NCBI RefSeq assembly: GCF_001194135.2
Contig: NC_068991.1
Span: 47,300,714-47,364,713 of the forward strand
Reading direction: 5' to 3'
Length of the DNA: 64,000 bases
Source: Octopus bimaculoides
Lineage: Eukaryota
Shown here: positions 36,500 through 48,081 of the stretch, piece after piece
How positions within the stretch are numbered: position 1 is the stretch's first letter
Layout: each line of letters starts with the position of its first letter
The notes under the pieces: model-generated
What the model saw: only the letters and a program-made list of their open reading frames with translations
Database searches by the model: none
Told to the model about the DNA's origin: nothing
Made by a program: the position numbers and the translations under genes

Positions 36500-37320
36500 A
36501 TAACAGCATTCGCCTGGGTGGGGTTAAGCCAGCTCCTATGCACATCGGTCAGCAGCTGATTCTGCAGCATGTTGAAGCCATTCCCAGTTCTTGCAATGAA
36601 CACCAAAGACTCAAGGACTGGGAACAAGCTCCATATCTGTCGTGAGCCACGTCTTCAGCTAACCACCTCTCCACTCATGCCAACTTGGAGCAGGATCTGG
36701 TGCTACAGCCTTCTAGATGAGTTTGTCAAGGGGTCGCTGCAATGCAGTGACCAAACCACCATAGTCTCCTCATCAGAAGAGTTCCCTCAAGAAGTGAGAG
36801 ACCACAGTGAGCATAAAGTTGTTGGTTTGGAAAGCAGTTTGAGATACGCAGTCAGAGAAGATGAATACAAAAGTGATCAAAGACCTCCAGCTTCTGGAGA
36901 TCAGCAATACACATTGGCCAGGTCTCACAACCATAGAGGAGAACCATACAACAAGTGCCTGGTAATTAGATTTCCTAAAAGTCCCACCCTTGACCTCATC
37001 ATGGTGGGAAGGTTAAGTGAGTGAGTGTCAGAGCTATGCCATTGGGGACTTTGAGTCCCTGGTAAGGCTACCCAAAGCAAACAGGTCTAACACCTGCTGT
37101 GCTAGGGTTGCAACGCAGCTAACTGGAGGGCAATGGTGAATTCCAGGCAGCATCTGTTCTGGGAATCCGGTGGCTTCCTGGTGGTGCTCAATTGCGTCTG
37201 AGGGTATCCCGTGGCAAGAAGGCATAACATGAGGATGACTTGCCACCAGTCATAAATGGTGGCTTACGAATACAGATGGGAGCTGTTTTCACAGACTCTG
37301 ATCATCCCTTGAAACCGCTA
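36500..37320 (+). mobile_element. GC-richer insertion resembling an RTE/Expander-type LINE 5' UTR
   Basis: ctcatcatggtgggaagg...gagctatgccattggggactttgagtccctggtaaggctacccaaagcaaacaggtc resembles RTE 5' UTR motifs recalled from fish elements; splits the flanking LINE. Confidence 0.5.
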
Positions 37321-37324
37321 TGAA

Positions 37325-37720
37325 CTCACAACAAAACAACTCAAATTCAAACAACCATCACATTCAATAACATGAACATACATGCAAAAGACAAGAACAC
37401 TAGGAATTATAAACAACACTTTTGGAACAGTCACCATACACACAAAACACATTTACAATGCATAGAAAACAAAAGAAAAAATGCAAAACACCTGCATACT
37501 TAAAGCAATCACAAACACCCCATTTGGCCAATAGAAAGAAACATGATGTACAAACAACATATTAGATCTGTCATGGATTATGCCAGCCCTACCTGGTTCC
37601 CTAATCTCTCAACAACAAACTAGAATAAACTACAAAAATGTTTTAAAACAGCACACTATATAGCATAACAGGTAGTACATGCACCACACCCAGAAGCCTA
37701 AGTCATGAAACAAAAATCCA
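37325..37720 (+). mobile_element. Decayed Jockey/I-like LINE (3' piece)
   Basis: LKAITNTPFGQ*KET..MYKQHIRSVMDYASPTWFPNLSTTN*NKLQK, the post-RT region typical of LKAL..WGQ.KE..YK.LIRS.LDYA.P.W. Confidence 0.7.
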
Positions 37721-39219
37721 GAAAATTTCACTAAGATATTGGACAAGCAGAGGTTGTGGGAGAAAACACTTAGTCAAAGTGCTGTGTATGTGGGATTGAA
37801 CAAAGAACCCTGTGGTTGCAAAGTAAACTTCTAAACTACAGTCCTACTTGTGCCTATTACTTGTGCCTAGCTTCACAATAATAAATGCAATTAAAGTATA
37901 AGGTCAAATGATATCATTGACACTGACCTCTCTACACAGCCAACTCAATAATGCTATAAAAAGTCAAAAATGAATGTTTTCTATTTGTTCCAAACAACAT
38001 TTTAAACCATATTCAAATCAACTCTTAATAATAAAGTTGACTTTATTCATTTAATTTGGGTGTAATTTTTCTTGAATAATTTAAATTTTTGAGGTGTAAA
38101 TAGTTTTCTCTAAATACTCAAAAATAGTTTCCTTATCAGATTAAGCTACTAATGTGCACGAGTGTGTGTGTGTGTGTGTTTGTGTACATATTCACCCCCT
38201 GTGTTTACTTGCCTATGTATATGTTAAAGTATACATCTACATACATGGTCAATGAACTAGTGTAAACATATTAATTGAATACTAAAATAAATATAGTGTT
38301 ACCATAAATACTGCAGATGAAGCTTTGTGATATCTGCCACCTGGCAACAAAGACCTAATGTGTCAGAGAGAGAGAGAAAGATGAAGGTACTGAAGAGGGC
38401 ATGGTCAGGGAAACAGATGGGAGAGAGTGTAGTGAAAGAGATAAATAAAAGGAGTAGATGGGATAAGTGAAGAAGTGAGAGGAATGAGAGAGGAATGAAA
38501 GAGAGAGTAAGTATAACAAAATTCTTAATATTTACACTAGGAGTCAAGTAGAAACTTATTAACAGACATCTTTAAAATAGCAGAAAACAATGGCTGAAGA
38601 TAATCAGAAGATAATCAATAAGGCTAACCTATTCAAGCAATAGAGCTGCCATTTTGGCTACATAAACTGTGTTTTGTGCAACAGTTCACACTACAGTGAA
38701 AAGACCATACTGCTCAACCACACATATTCGAAATCAATTTTTTTCACTAATTTTTTGTTTCCTTATGTAGCAGTAGTGCAAGTAGTGGGTACACAGATTG
38801 TCTATTGGGGTGTTTAGCAGACTGATGAAACCAGAACATAATACATGTAGGAATAATTGTTAGTAGAATCGGCTAGATAAAGAAAACCAGACTCACTGGT
38901 AATGGCAAATAGATCCTGTTCAGGAGAGTTCCTTTGGGAGTTTACTAGCAGAGGAATAATTTCAAGAAACTGTTACTAATATTGGCACAAAGAGTATTTT
39001 TCTCCATACAAGTGAGTAGGCAGTACAAAGTCTGTGCAAGAAATATGGTTTTATATGGCAACAGAACAGAGATAATAATTAGTGCAGAACATTTTCAGTA
39101 AGCAAAGATAAATGTATTGAATATGTCTGACGAATGAGTAACATTGTTCAATTAAAATGTTGAGTGTAATGAGGGAGTGATTGGGCATCGGTGGCAATGA
39201 TCAATCTATATACATATAT

Positions 39220-39224
<5 letters not shown>

Positions 39225-39315
<91 letters not shown>
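39225..39315. repeat. (GA)n microsatellite running into a 486-N gap
   Basis: Directly visible. Confidence 0.97.
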
Positions 39316-39801
39316 NNNNNNNNNNNNNNNNNNNNNNNNNNNNNNNNNNNNNNNNNNNNNNNNNNNNNNNNNNNNNNNNNNNNNNNNNNNNNNNNNNNNN
39401 NNNNNNNNNNNNNNNNNNNNNNNNNNNNNNNNNNNNNNNNNNNNNNNNNNNNNNNNNNNNNNNNNNNNNNNNNNNNNNNNNNNNNNNNNNNNNNNNNNNN
39501 NNNNNNNNNNNNNNNNNNNNNNNNNNNNNNNNNNNNNNNNNNNNNNNNNNNNNNNNNNNNNNNNNNNNNNNNNNNNNNNNNNNNNNNNNNNNNNNNNNNN
39601 NNNNNNNNNNNNNNNNNNNNNNNNNNNNNNNNNNNNNNNNNNNNNNNNNNNNNNNNNNNNNNNNNNNNNNNNNNNNNNNNNNNNNNNNNNNNNNNNNNNN
39701 NNNNNNNNNNNNNNNNNNNNNNNNNNNNNNNNNNNNNNNNNNNNNNNNNNNNNNNNNNNNNNNNNNNNNNNNNNNNNNNNNNNNNNNNNNNNNNNNNNNN
39801 N

Positions 39802-40430
39802 TGTGTGTGTGAATTTGTTACTTTAACTCCTCCGAGGCTATCCAGCCGATCTTAATGAAACTTGACATGTGTGGGGGGGCTTATGCCTATGCAGTCACTT
39901 ACGCACTGGGAATTTAAAAAAAAATTTTATTTTTAATCAACATTGATTTTTCAAAAATCAATAAGACATTTCAATGCAAATTCTCATATGAATGTTATTT
40001 TCTGCCATAACTTTTAAAGTTTTCAACCAGTTTTCTTGAAGTTTTATACACAGATGAAATATGCGCTAAAGATGGATTGAGGTAAATTTTTACCTAGGCC
40101 ACTCAAGCAAAGTGCAAGATGATTTTTGATTAACTGATTAACGAAATTTGGCCTAAATTGTTGTGGGGTTAAAATATTCAATTATTTCAGCATTCTCAGG
40201 TTGCTGTAACATGTATTTTCTTAATATCTGCACTTAAAATTATTGATTCAAAATGTTGCCACATTGTGCTAAAACACGCAACATGTATTTTCTTAACACC
40301 TGCACTTAAAATTGTCGATTCTAACCATTGCAATCGATATTCAATTCTCACGATCAGTGGAACTATACCCATGAAACAGTCATCAAATTAAGTGCATGTG
40401 CACTTAAAATTTTCTCTTGGGTTGCAAGAG
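39802..40430. mobile_element. Possible Helitron/Helentron-like non-autonomous element remnant
   Basis: (TG)n then taactcc...ccgatcttaatgaaacttg, tcaaccagttttcttgaagtttt, cgaaatttgg motifs reminiscent of DINE/HINE-type elements; internal duplication of about 70 bp (caacatgtattttcttaa..ctgcacttaaaatt). Confidence 0.4.
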
Positions 40431-40850
40431 AATTCACCCAAAAATGATAAAAATTGTCATTTTCGGACGCTTTTTTTCCCTCCTCTTGTGACCACCACGT
40501 TGTCACCCCTGCCCTCCAGCTGTTTTTGTAAGAATAAAATCTCTTTTCTCTAAATAAATTTTTGTTTACTTTTCAAACTTTAATGTTCTTTTTTTTCATA
40601 GCATTTCTTTACAATTCCCTTCTCGGTGTTTCCATTGATTATATATTTGCAGCTTTCCACTCATCTGACCAAACGATTGTCATTTTCCAATTCGAAAACT
40701 TATTTGTATTATTGTTTCATGAATGAATTTGTTTACGCCTTCTATTATCTGTCCTATGTCTTGATTTCATTTTTCATCTGAGAGAAATTAGGAATTGTAA
40801 TGGGTACTGGGAATATCTGTGCTCCCAGGTATTACCAGGCACCTCAGCTA

Positions 40851-40923
<73 letters not shown>

Positions 40924-41249
40924 GGAGGGAGGGAGAGGACATTTTTGACCTAATATGATCATACTGTACATAGAGGACCTTTGCAGGCTTTCTCAAACTA
41001 GTACAGTTGCTGCAATCAGTGTTCAACTTGAACTTAGACTGTTGTCTGCAGGAAAATACAGGAAGAGAGACAATTCTAGAAGAACTGGAAAAAACTTTTA
41101 ATTAGGGATTTGGTAGATAATATACAATAGGAACAACAAGGAAAGGAAAAGATGGGTGTTTCAAGTGGGATTAGATGATGGTAATACAGACAACCTAATT
41201 AAAAGGACTTGTGGGCAGTGGTTGTAACACGCTTGTAAGTGAAGCATTT

Positions 41250-42350
41250 TGGATGCAGTCTCATACATTCATACAGATAGCAGCAGCTCCTTCCTATATA
41301 TTAGGGTAGTATTCCAATGTGGGTGGCATTGGGCTTTGCAGAGTACTAACTTATCAGGGCCAAGCAATTCTCTAGCCCTAAAAGTCTAGTCTCTGAGATG
41401 CAATTTTGGCAATGAGCAGGCACTGTGACGTTTCATTACAGAAACCCAGCACTTCTAGCAACTTTCAAGGTTTTAGTTGTTGTTGAATAGGATGGATGAA
41501 ATACAATATTGTTCCCTTTGTCAGGGTAGTGAATATGCATTGTTCCTGCTGAAGGAAATTAGGTTGTCATGTCTCAATTAAAGGGGGTTTACCGGTTTTC
41601 TATTCATGGAAGTATTGCAAGTCTGGTTTAAGGTATTTAGGTTGAATGTTGATGACATATTTACATAAGAAAGTCACAAGTAACAGCAAGTAGGTAATCA
41701 ATATACAGAAGGATGAGCATGAGAACTAAGTGGATGCTGAGTTACATGGGGGTTGATAGAATAGAGGTCAAAAATCCTTTTAAACATTCGCTGTAATCAT
41801 AGGCTCCAAAAGAAAGCTTTCTAAACCAAGAGATGAGAGACTGATAGAGTCAATAGACAAGTAACTTAATGGTTGACTGAAACACAGTCAAAAGATTTGT
41901 GATGTCAATGCATCTTTTCACCAAGGTTCTCACAGATAATATATTTCAGTGGAAATTATCAACAGTTACTGGAACATGAGAGAAAGATTTAAGTCAATGC
42001 AAGAGATTGTTACAACTATTTCAGTCACCTTCAAGATGATAGAAGTGAGTGCAATTGGTGATAGTTGACAGTATCAGAGAGATTTCCATATGTAACATTA
42101 TGACCTCAAAAAGATAGAGTTATGGAAAGTGCAGTCAAGACCATTCAGAGAAGTGTATGCATTTGACAATGGCATGCATGTGATGGGGAGCAGGTAGAAT
42201 TAAGAATGTGTACAGACTTGAAGCGGAAAATAGGCAGAAATGTAGTGGCTTTATTTTCAGCATTAATTGGCAATCCATTACCATACAGAATGGTACTTTT
42301 AAGTTGGGTAATATTATATAAGATTTTATCTATATACCAGCTCAAAGAAC
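41250..42350 (-). mobile_element. Highly decayed LINE (CR1/Jockey-like RT) fragment
   Basis: Near 42010-42070 the minus strand reads NYH(P)IALTSIILKVTEIVV with one frameshift (NYRPIALTS motif), followed by a DI..SFDCV-like segment. Confidence 0.5.
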
Positions 42351-44015
42351 TCAAGTGAGTAATCCAATAATGCAATGAAAAAGATTGACAAGAGTAATAG
42401 AAAAAAACAATCAGGCATTATGTCTAGTGTACATTCTTGTCCTGTCCTTCAGTCATCTGTTCATCTATGAGTTCAACCAGTAACATAATAACTAGCCCAA
42501 GTCAGATATAGAAATACCATGGACATATATGCAACTAAGAAACTTTAAGATTTGCATGTCCACTGAAAGACTGTGCATATTTTAAGTACTGAGAAAACAT
42601 GGAAGAGGAAAGCAAAAGTGGAATACAAAAAAATGGGAGACACGCAGAGAAAGAGAAGTAACAGTCATAGATGAGAGACAGCTATAAAGATAGGAAAGTG
42701 GTCACAAATTGTAAAAGTTATAGTTTCAATTTACTAACATATCATTCCAACATTTGATCTCACAACCAGCTAGAAATAGTAGCCAAATCTTTCATACTAA
42801 ACCATGATAATTTTGTTTTACAAAGGGTTTTTTTTAGTGCAGTGGGTATGCAACATGAATGATCCACTGGATAACTTAGACTTTCTTAAAAAAAAAAAAA
42901 AAAACGGATTTTGTACAGAAGTAATTATTTTGCTAAGTTTGCTCAATTAAAGCCAAACCCAGGGCTAATCATTAACATAAGAGGCAAAAAGAGAACACCT
43001 GGGTAGTCATCTTCACCAGCTATAAATAGTAATTAATCCTCCCTCATATCAAACACTACCAGTTTGAACAATGCTAGATACATTACACAATGCTACAAAT
43101 ATGTGATATAATAAAAAATGGGATGGTTACAATTGGAAAGCCTTTTAACCACTGAAATGCTCAATCTGAACCAACTTGGGATTAAATAACTTTGGCAACA
43201 ACAATAATAGCAATAACCACAGCAACAACATTCTCAACAATTATATCAACCACAAAAAATTGGGTATAATGAGCTGCACCATACTCAGAATTATAGCATT
43301 ATGTCTTGAAGCTACCAAGAAGAGTATATTCATATTATATAATGAATGAACAAAACTGAACGATGTGCTTCTCCATGCCCTGTATTCAGCGCCTGGGAAA
43401 AGAACACAAAAGCCAGAGGAAGAACGCCTTGCATAAGAATGGTCAATCAAGAATGACATTAACATCAATGAGCTAAACCAGATAGAGATAGCAACTACAT
43501 GTACCTCAAACTACATCCTACTGCCTTATGTATAAGCAATCCAATGGGAACTACTTAATACTTCAATGCAGTCTATTTTGCTAATTTGAAAAGGTTTTGG
43601 CAACAAGAATCCAAAATTGATGTGCCTGACAAGGAGAGGAAGGTTTATATAAGAAACACTTGCTCATATTGACAAACAAATACGCCATAGAGTAGTGAGG
43701 ACTAAATTTATAGGATACAATGCAATCTAATTTGTACAGGGGTAATGATAAACTTAATATAGCTATTGAGTAAAATCCCACAGGAGCTTATGAAAATTTG
43801 AAAAATAATTTTATATATGTGTGTCAGTGTATAAGCACTGATATTCCATGTTGTTGCTGGTTAAATGAAATAGTATTGATATTATAACCAGTTGCTCTGC
43901 ACTTCAAGGGCCATGTAAAAGTATATTCCTACAAAATTACTATTTGAACAACAAAAATAATTTTAGAAATGATCTAATTGTAAATCTCAGAGAGACTTAA
44001 GCAGCAGTGTTATGA

Positions 44016-44327
44016 TAAAGCAATTGTATAGTGTCAACTTAATGTGACAGTCACAATAAGGGAATCATACTGCTGTTATTTAGCCCTAGGAAGCTGGACC
44101 ACTTCCTGTCATGCTACTTCAAGCTGATGACGAGCAAAGACTCAGAAACATGTCCTTCAATGCAGGCTAAGCTGGGTGGAGGTGCTTGTCTCCCCCTCAC
44201 AAACATAAGGACATAGGAAATGTGTCAAGGACGACAGGAAGCAGTCCAGCTTCCTAGGGCTAAATAGTAGCAGTATGATTCCCTTATTGGGACTGTCACA
44301 TCGAGTTGATAATATACAACTGCTTTA
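44016..44327. mobile_element. 312-bp foldback MITE with TIRs of about 100 bp and TA ends
   Basis: 44016-44115 pairs with 44228-44327 at about 88 percent (about 12 mismatches by eye); 112-bp spacer. Confidence 0.85.
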
Positions 44328-44439
44328 AAAATAATTTTGCTGAAAGTAAATGTCAGCTAGATACTATAAGGAATCCAGTGTGATGGTATCATCATTGAAG
44401 TTTGATGCACAAAACATTCTCATTTAATTCTGTATATTA

Positions 44440-45110
44440 TATTCCTCATTTCACATCAGCTTTCCATGCTGACATGAATTGGAGTTAAACAGGATCAAGT
44501 GGGCTTGGAGGACCACATCTTGCACCAATGTCTCAGTTTTGCCATGGTTTCTACAGCTGGATACTCTTCCTAGTATCAACCACTCTACAGAGCCTAGTAA
44601 GTGATGATGAAGTGCCAGAGTGTATCCTAGAGGTAACATGTTCAAGAAGATGAATAGAAGAAAGCATGGAGACAGAAGGATTAGAAAAGGAAGATAAATA
44701 TTGAGAGAGTGAGGTGAGAAGAATGAGGAATAGAAATAAAGGTGTGGGTGGTCAGATACATTTACAAGGTGTGAATGCAGTCAATAGTCAATAGTGAACA
44801 AGGACAGAAAGTGATCAATAGCAAATTTGAGCAAAGAGTATGAGAGTAAGAATAAGAGACAGATGTCAATAGGAAGTGCCTCAGAAGAAAGAGGAATAAT
44901 GAATGACAGTACAGAAAGGTTGATGATATGTAGCAGCGGGTTTTGTAATCATTATTTACAGCAGCATAATAATGCAGTAGACAGAAAAGTGATGAAGTGA
45001 TGAGTAATAGTGAAATGAAAGGGAAAGCAGCAGTTGTAGACTTGACAGGGACATATTGGGTAGAGGACCCAGTGTGTGCATACCACATTATGCTTCTACA
45101 ATACCAGTTT
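44440..45110 (-). mobile_element. Pyrimidine-rich retroposon (minus copy) with RTE-type 3' tail
   Basis: ctttccatgctgacatg...gtttctacagctggatactcttcc tail on the left, purine-rich body on plus. Confidence 0.55.
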
Positions 45111-46507
45111 CCTCATGCTTGCATAGATAAGCAAATCTTCCCAAGCACTGCAAAATCATCAATCATTGCTATCTTTGTCATCTTCTTCATGAAGCTCAAC
45201 ATTCTGAGATCAATTTTCACTTCATCTCTCTTCTCCCTAGACCTCTCTCATCCACAAGTTCCACTTTCTAAGCAACCAGTACTTTTTTATACAGCTTCAC
45301 CTATACACATCACATGTCTGTATCAACACAGTCTTCTTTCTAACACACTATCTTGGATTCCTCATATGCCTGGACTACAAAGGCTTTCATGTCCTTTGTA
45401 GATAAGGTTAAAAGCTCCTCTCAACTTAACACTTTCTCTGCTCATTCACTTTGCTGAATAGAGAAAAAATTAAAATTGAAAACCAAATGAACCTTTATAG
45501 TATTTAGCATTAATGACAAAAAAGAGTTACATTTTAACTAAGTGCTACTAAGAGAGGAACTTGAGCAAATGGCAACAAATTCTAAATGCTTCATATGTAG
45601 CAGGTTCAGATGGCAGAAATAGCTTGGCTCAGAACAACATGTGAAGGGACAGTATAGATGTGTGCATGTGTGGAGAAAAGAACTCTTTACAAACTGATTT
45701 TTGATTGCAATAGGTTGGGAAAGGAGAAAGTGCATGCTTTTGTATATATATCCACATACACATCTATACATATACATATTAATGTTTGTTTTTATGTTCA
45801 ATTATAATAAAAACAATTTTTACATTAACCTGTAGGTTACTCTATACTTTTGTAGAGTAGAAATTTATCATTCTTAAACAAGAATATTATTGACAGTGAC
45901 TTTAAAGTTTGGGCAGGTAAGTCATCATCAGACCGATATTGTGAAGCTAATCTTGGCTTTATATAGCCTCTATTGAGTTAAAATCTTCCTTGGGTATGGA
46001 ATTCCAAATAAAAACAGAAAACACCCTATAACAAAAAAAAAACTGACTAGTTAAAACATTTTTTTGTGAAACCACAAAAAATTCCATTGCAAAAAAGGTG
46101 ACACACCCACTTACTAAGTTTTTAAACATTGGTCTAAGCTTTGAACCTTTGACATTTATATTGTTAAATTACAGAATTAAATTCAATAAAATCAAAAATA
46201 ACTAAAACTAATAGCACATCCTATACTAACTTACCAAAAGAGACACACCTAAATGACCACATCTGCTTACAAAGTTCTACATACATAACTTCTAAACAAT
46301 AACATAACCTCCAATTTAATCAATAAAAATTTCTCCAAAACACCTTTCTATAACACACCCTACAATCTAATTACCACTTCACTCAAACTTACATACCCAA
46401 GAAAGATTCTAATTCAACAGAGACTATATAAAGCCAAGTAGCTTCAATGCACTGCAGTCTGACAATAGGTGAATTGGCCAAAGCTTCAAAATCATTGTTG
46501 TTTAAAC

Positions 46508-46564
<57 letters not shown>

Positions 46565-46699
46565 TGTACACCCACAAAGTGTATCAGTTTTTTTAGGTCA
46601 TTTGTATGAATTTAGAAAACAACGCATAGCTCAAAGATGTATTTAAAAACACATTGGTACAAATAATCTTGAGAATCCTTTTATCACACCTATTCAATG

Positions 46700-47210
46700 A
46701 ATCCACCATTAACAACAATGGCTCCTTCAATACCTGGTTAGAAGTGTTGAAATACCTGAACTAATTTTGGACACAGTGCAGGTTATGGTGGACTTGAGAG
46801 TTTGTATTGTGTTATGGGGGTGTTGATTGACCTCTCTCTCGACCATGCCCCATATGTAGTAGTCCAGTGGACTGAGGTAATGTCTGGGAGAACATAACCA
46901 TGGAGATTGGCACACAACCACCTTTGAGTTGTTCTAGCCCTATGAGATGGTGCAGTCTTGTTGCAAGATGTACAGTTTTCTATTGCATACTCTATCCAAG
47001 ACCTCACAACTTTCTCCAACACCTCTGTCAGACAGCAGCATTGACTCTTAAGCCCTGTAAAAGAAAGTGAGGAAGTATGACACAGTCCTCTTGGATGATG
47101 ACTCCCAGAACCATCACAGTTGCCAAGAACTTAGTATGCATGACCATTGGGACCTAATTTGAGTCTCTGCATAAGCATATGTCATTCCTTCAGTTTACCT
47201 TTAGATCCTA
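46700..47210 (-). mobile_element. maT/DD37D-like mariner transposase relic
   Basis: TKFLATVMVLGVI...PHF..QGLRVNAA, APSHRARTTQRW, LSPLDYYIWGMVEREVNQHPHNT, matching the maT-type PDLNPLDY.VWG.VE region; frameshifted. Confidence 0.8.
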
Positions 47211-47263
47211 ATCAAAGTTTTTCCTCATTGGAAAAAAAAAAAACAAAGCATTCCAGTCTTATA

Positions 47264-48081
47264 TGAAGATTGGCTGAAAAATTCATAGGCTAATCAATAT
47301 ACTCTCATAGAATGTAACCAAATGAGGTTTTATCTTCAACATAGTCCCCCATTGTGGCCCCCACACTTCTTCCATCAGTACTGAAGTACTTGGATCCCAT
47401 TGGTGAAAAGTTTTCATCCTGTTGGTTAAAAAAAGTCATCAAAATGATGAACCCAACACTCATCCTGGGTTAGGAAACATTCAAGGAAACTAGCTGGATC
47501 CACCTCAGCTTTTGCTTTGATGTGATGAGCTTGGTGTGCTTTTAATCAGGTGTCAAAAGAAACCTTCACCATGCCAAGTTCATTGTGCAGAATGTTCTCA
47601 ACTCTCTCACAGGATATGCTAATAGATTTTCTTATTTGCTTTATAATCAATTGCTTGTCATCCATCACCATGTGGTAAACATGATCGATGTTTTCCTTGG
47701 TGGTGGCAGTTGTGGTACACCCAGATCTTGGATGATCTTCAAGACTCTCTCTTCCCCTCCCAAATTCAGCTGGCCACTTTTCCACTGCTGATAAAGATGG
47801 AGCACCATCCCCTAATGTAGCAATCATATCAGCATGGATGTCCTTGGGGGTTAAACCCTATTCCTGTTGGTACTCGATAACACCACAATGCAAAATTTTG
47901 TCAATTTTTAAGAGAAGTCGCTACTAGTTTTGAAGTCTTCTTTGAACAGTCAAATGTCAGTTTAGCTGGAAAGAAACTATGCAGTTATTAATAGGAAGAG
48001 TTGAAAATAATGTATGCAAGATTTCACAGCTCTAGCGTCACTCCTTCATAGTCAGCCTATGAACTTTTCGGCACACACTTG
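47264..48081 (-). mobile_element. Internally deleted mariner element with both TIRs
   Basis: TA|TGAAGATTGGCTGAAAAATTCATAGGCT...AGCCTATGAACTTTTCGGCACACACTTG|TA; ORF 47546-47827 is a mariner HTH N-terminus (KWPAEFGRGRESLEDHPRSG...ISCERVENILHNELGM); catalytic domain absent. Confidence 0.88.

Noticed and set aside
36569-37024. 151-aa plus-strand ORF
   Set aside because: No recognisable domain, no ATG start, and it lies inside a nested mobile-element insertion.
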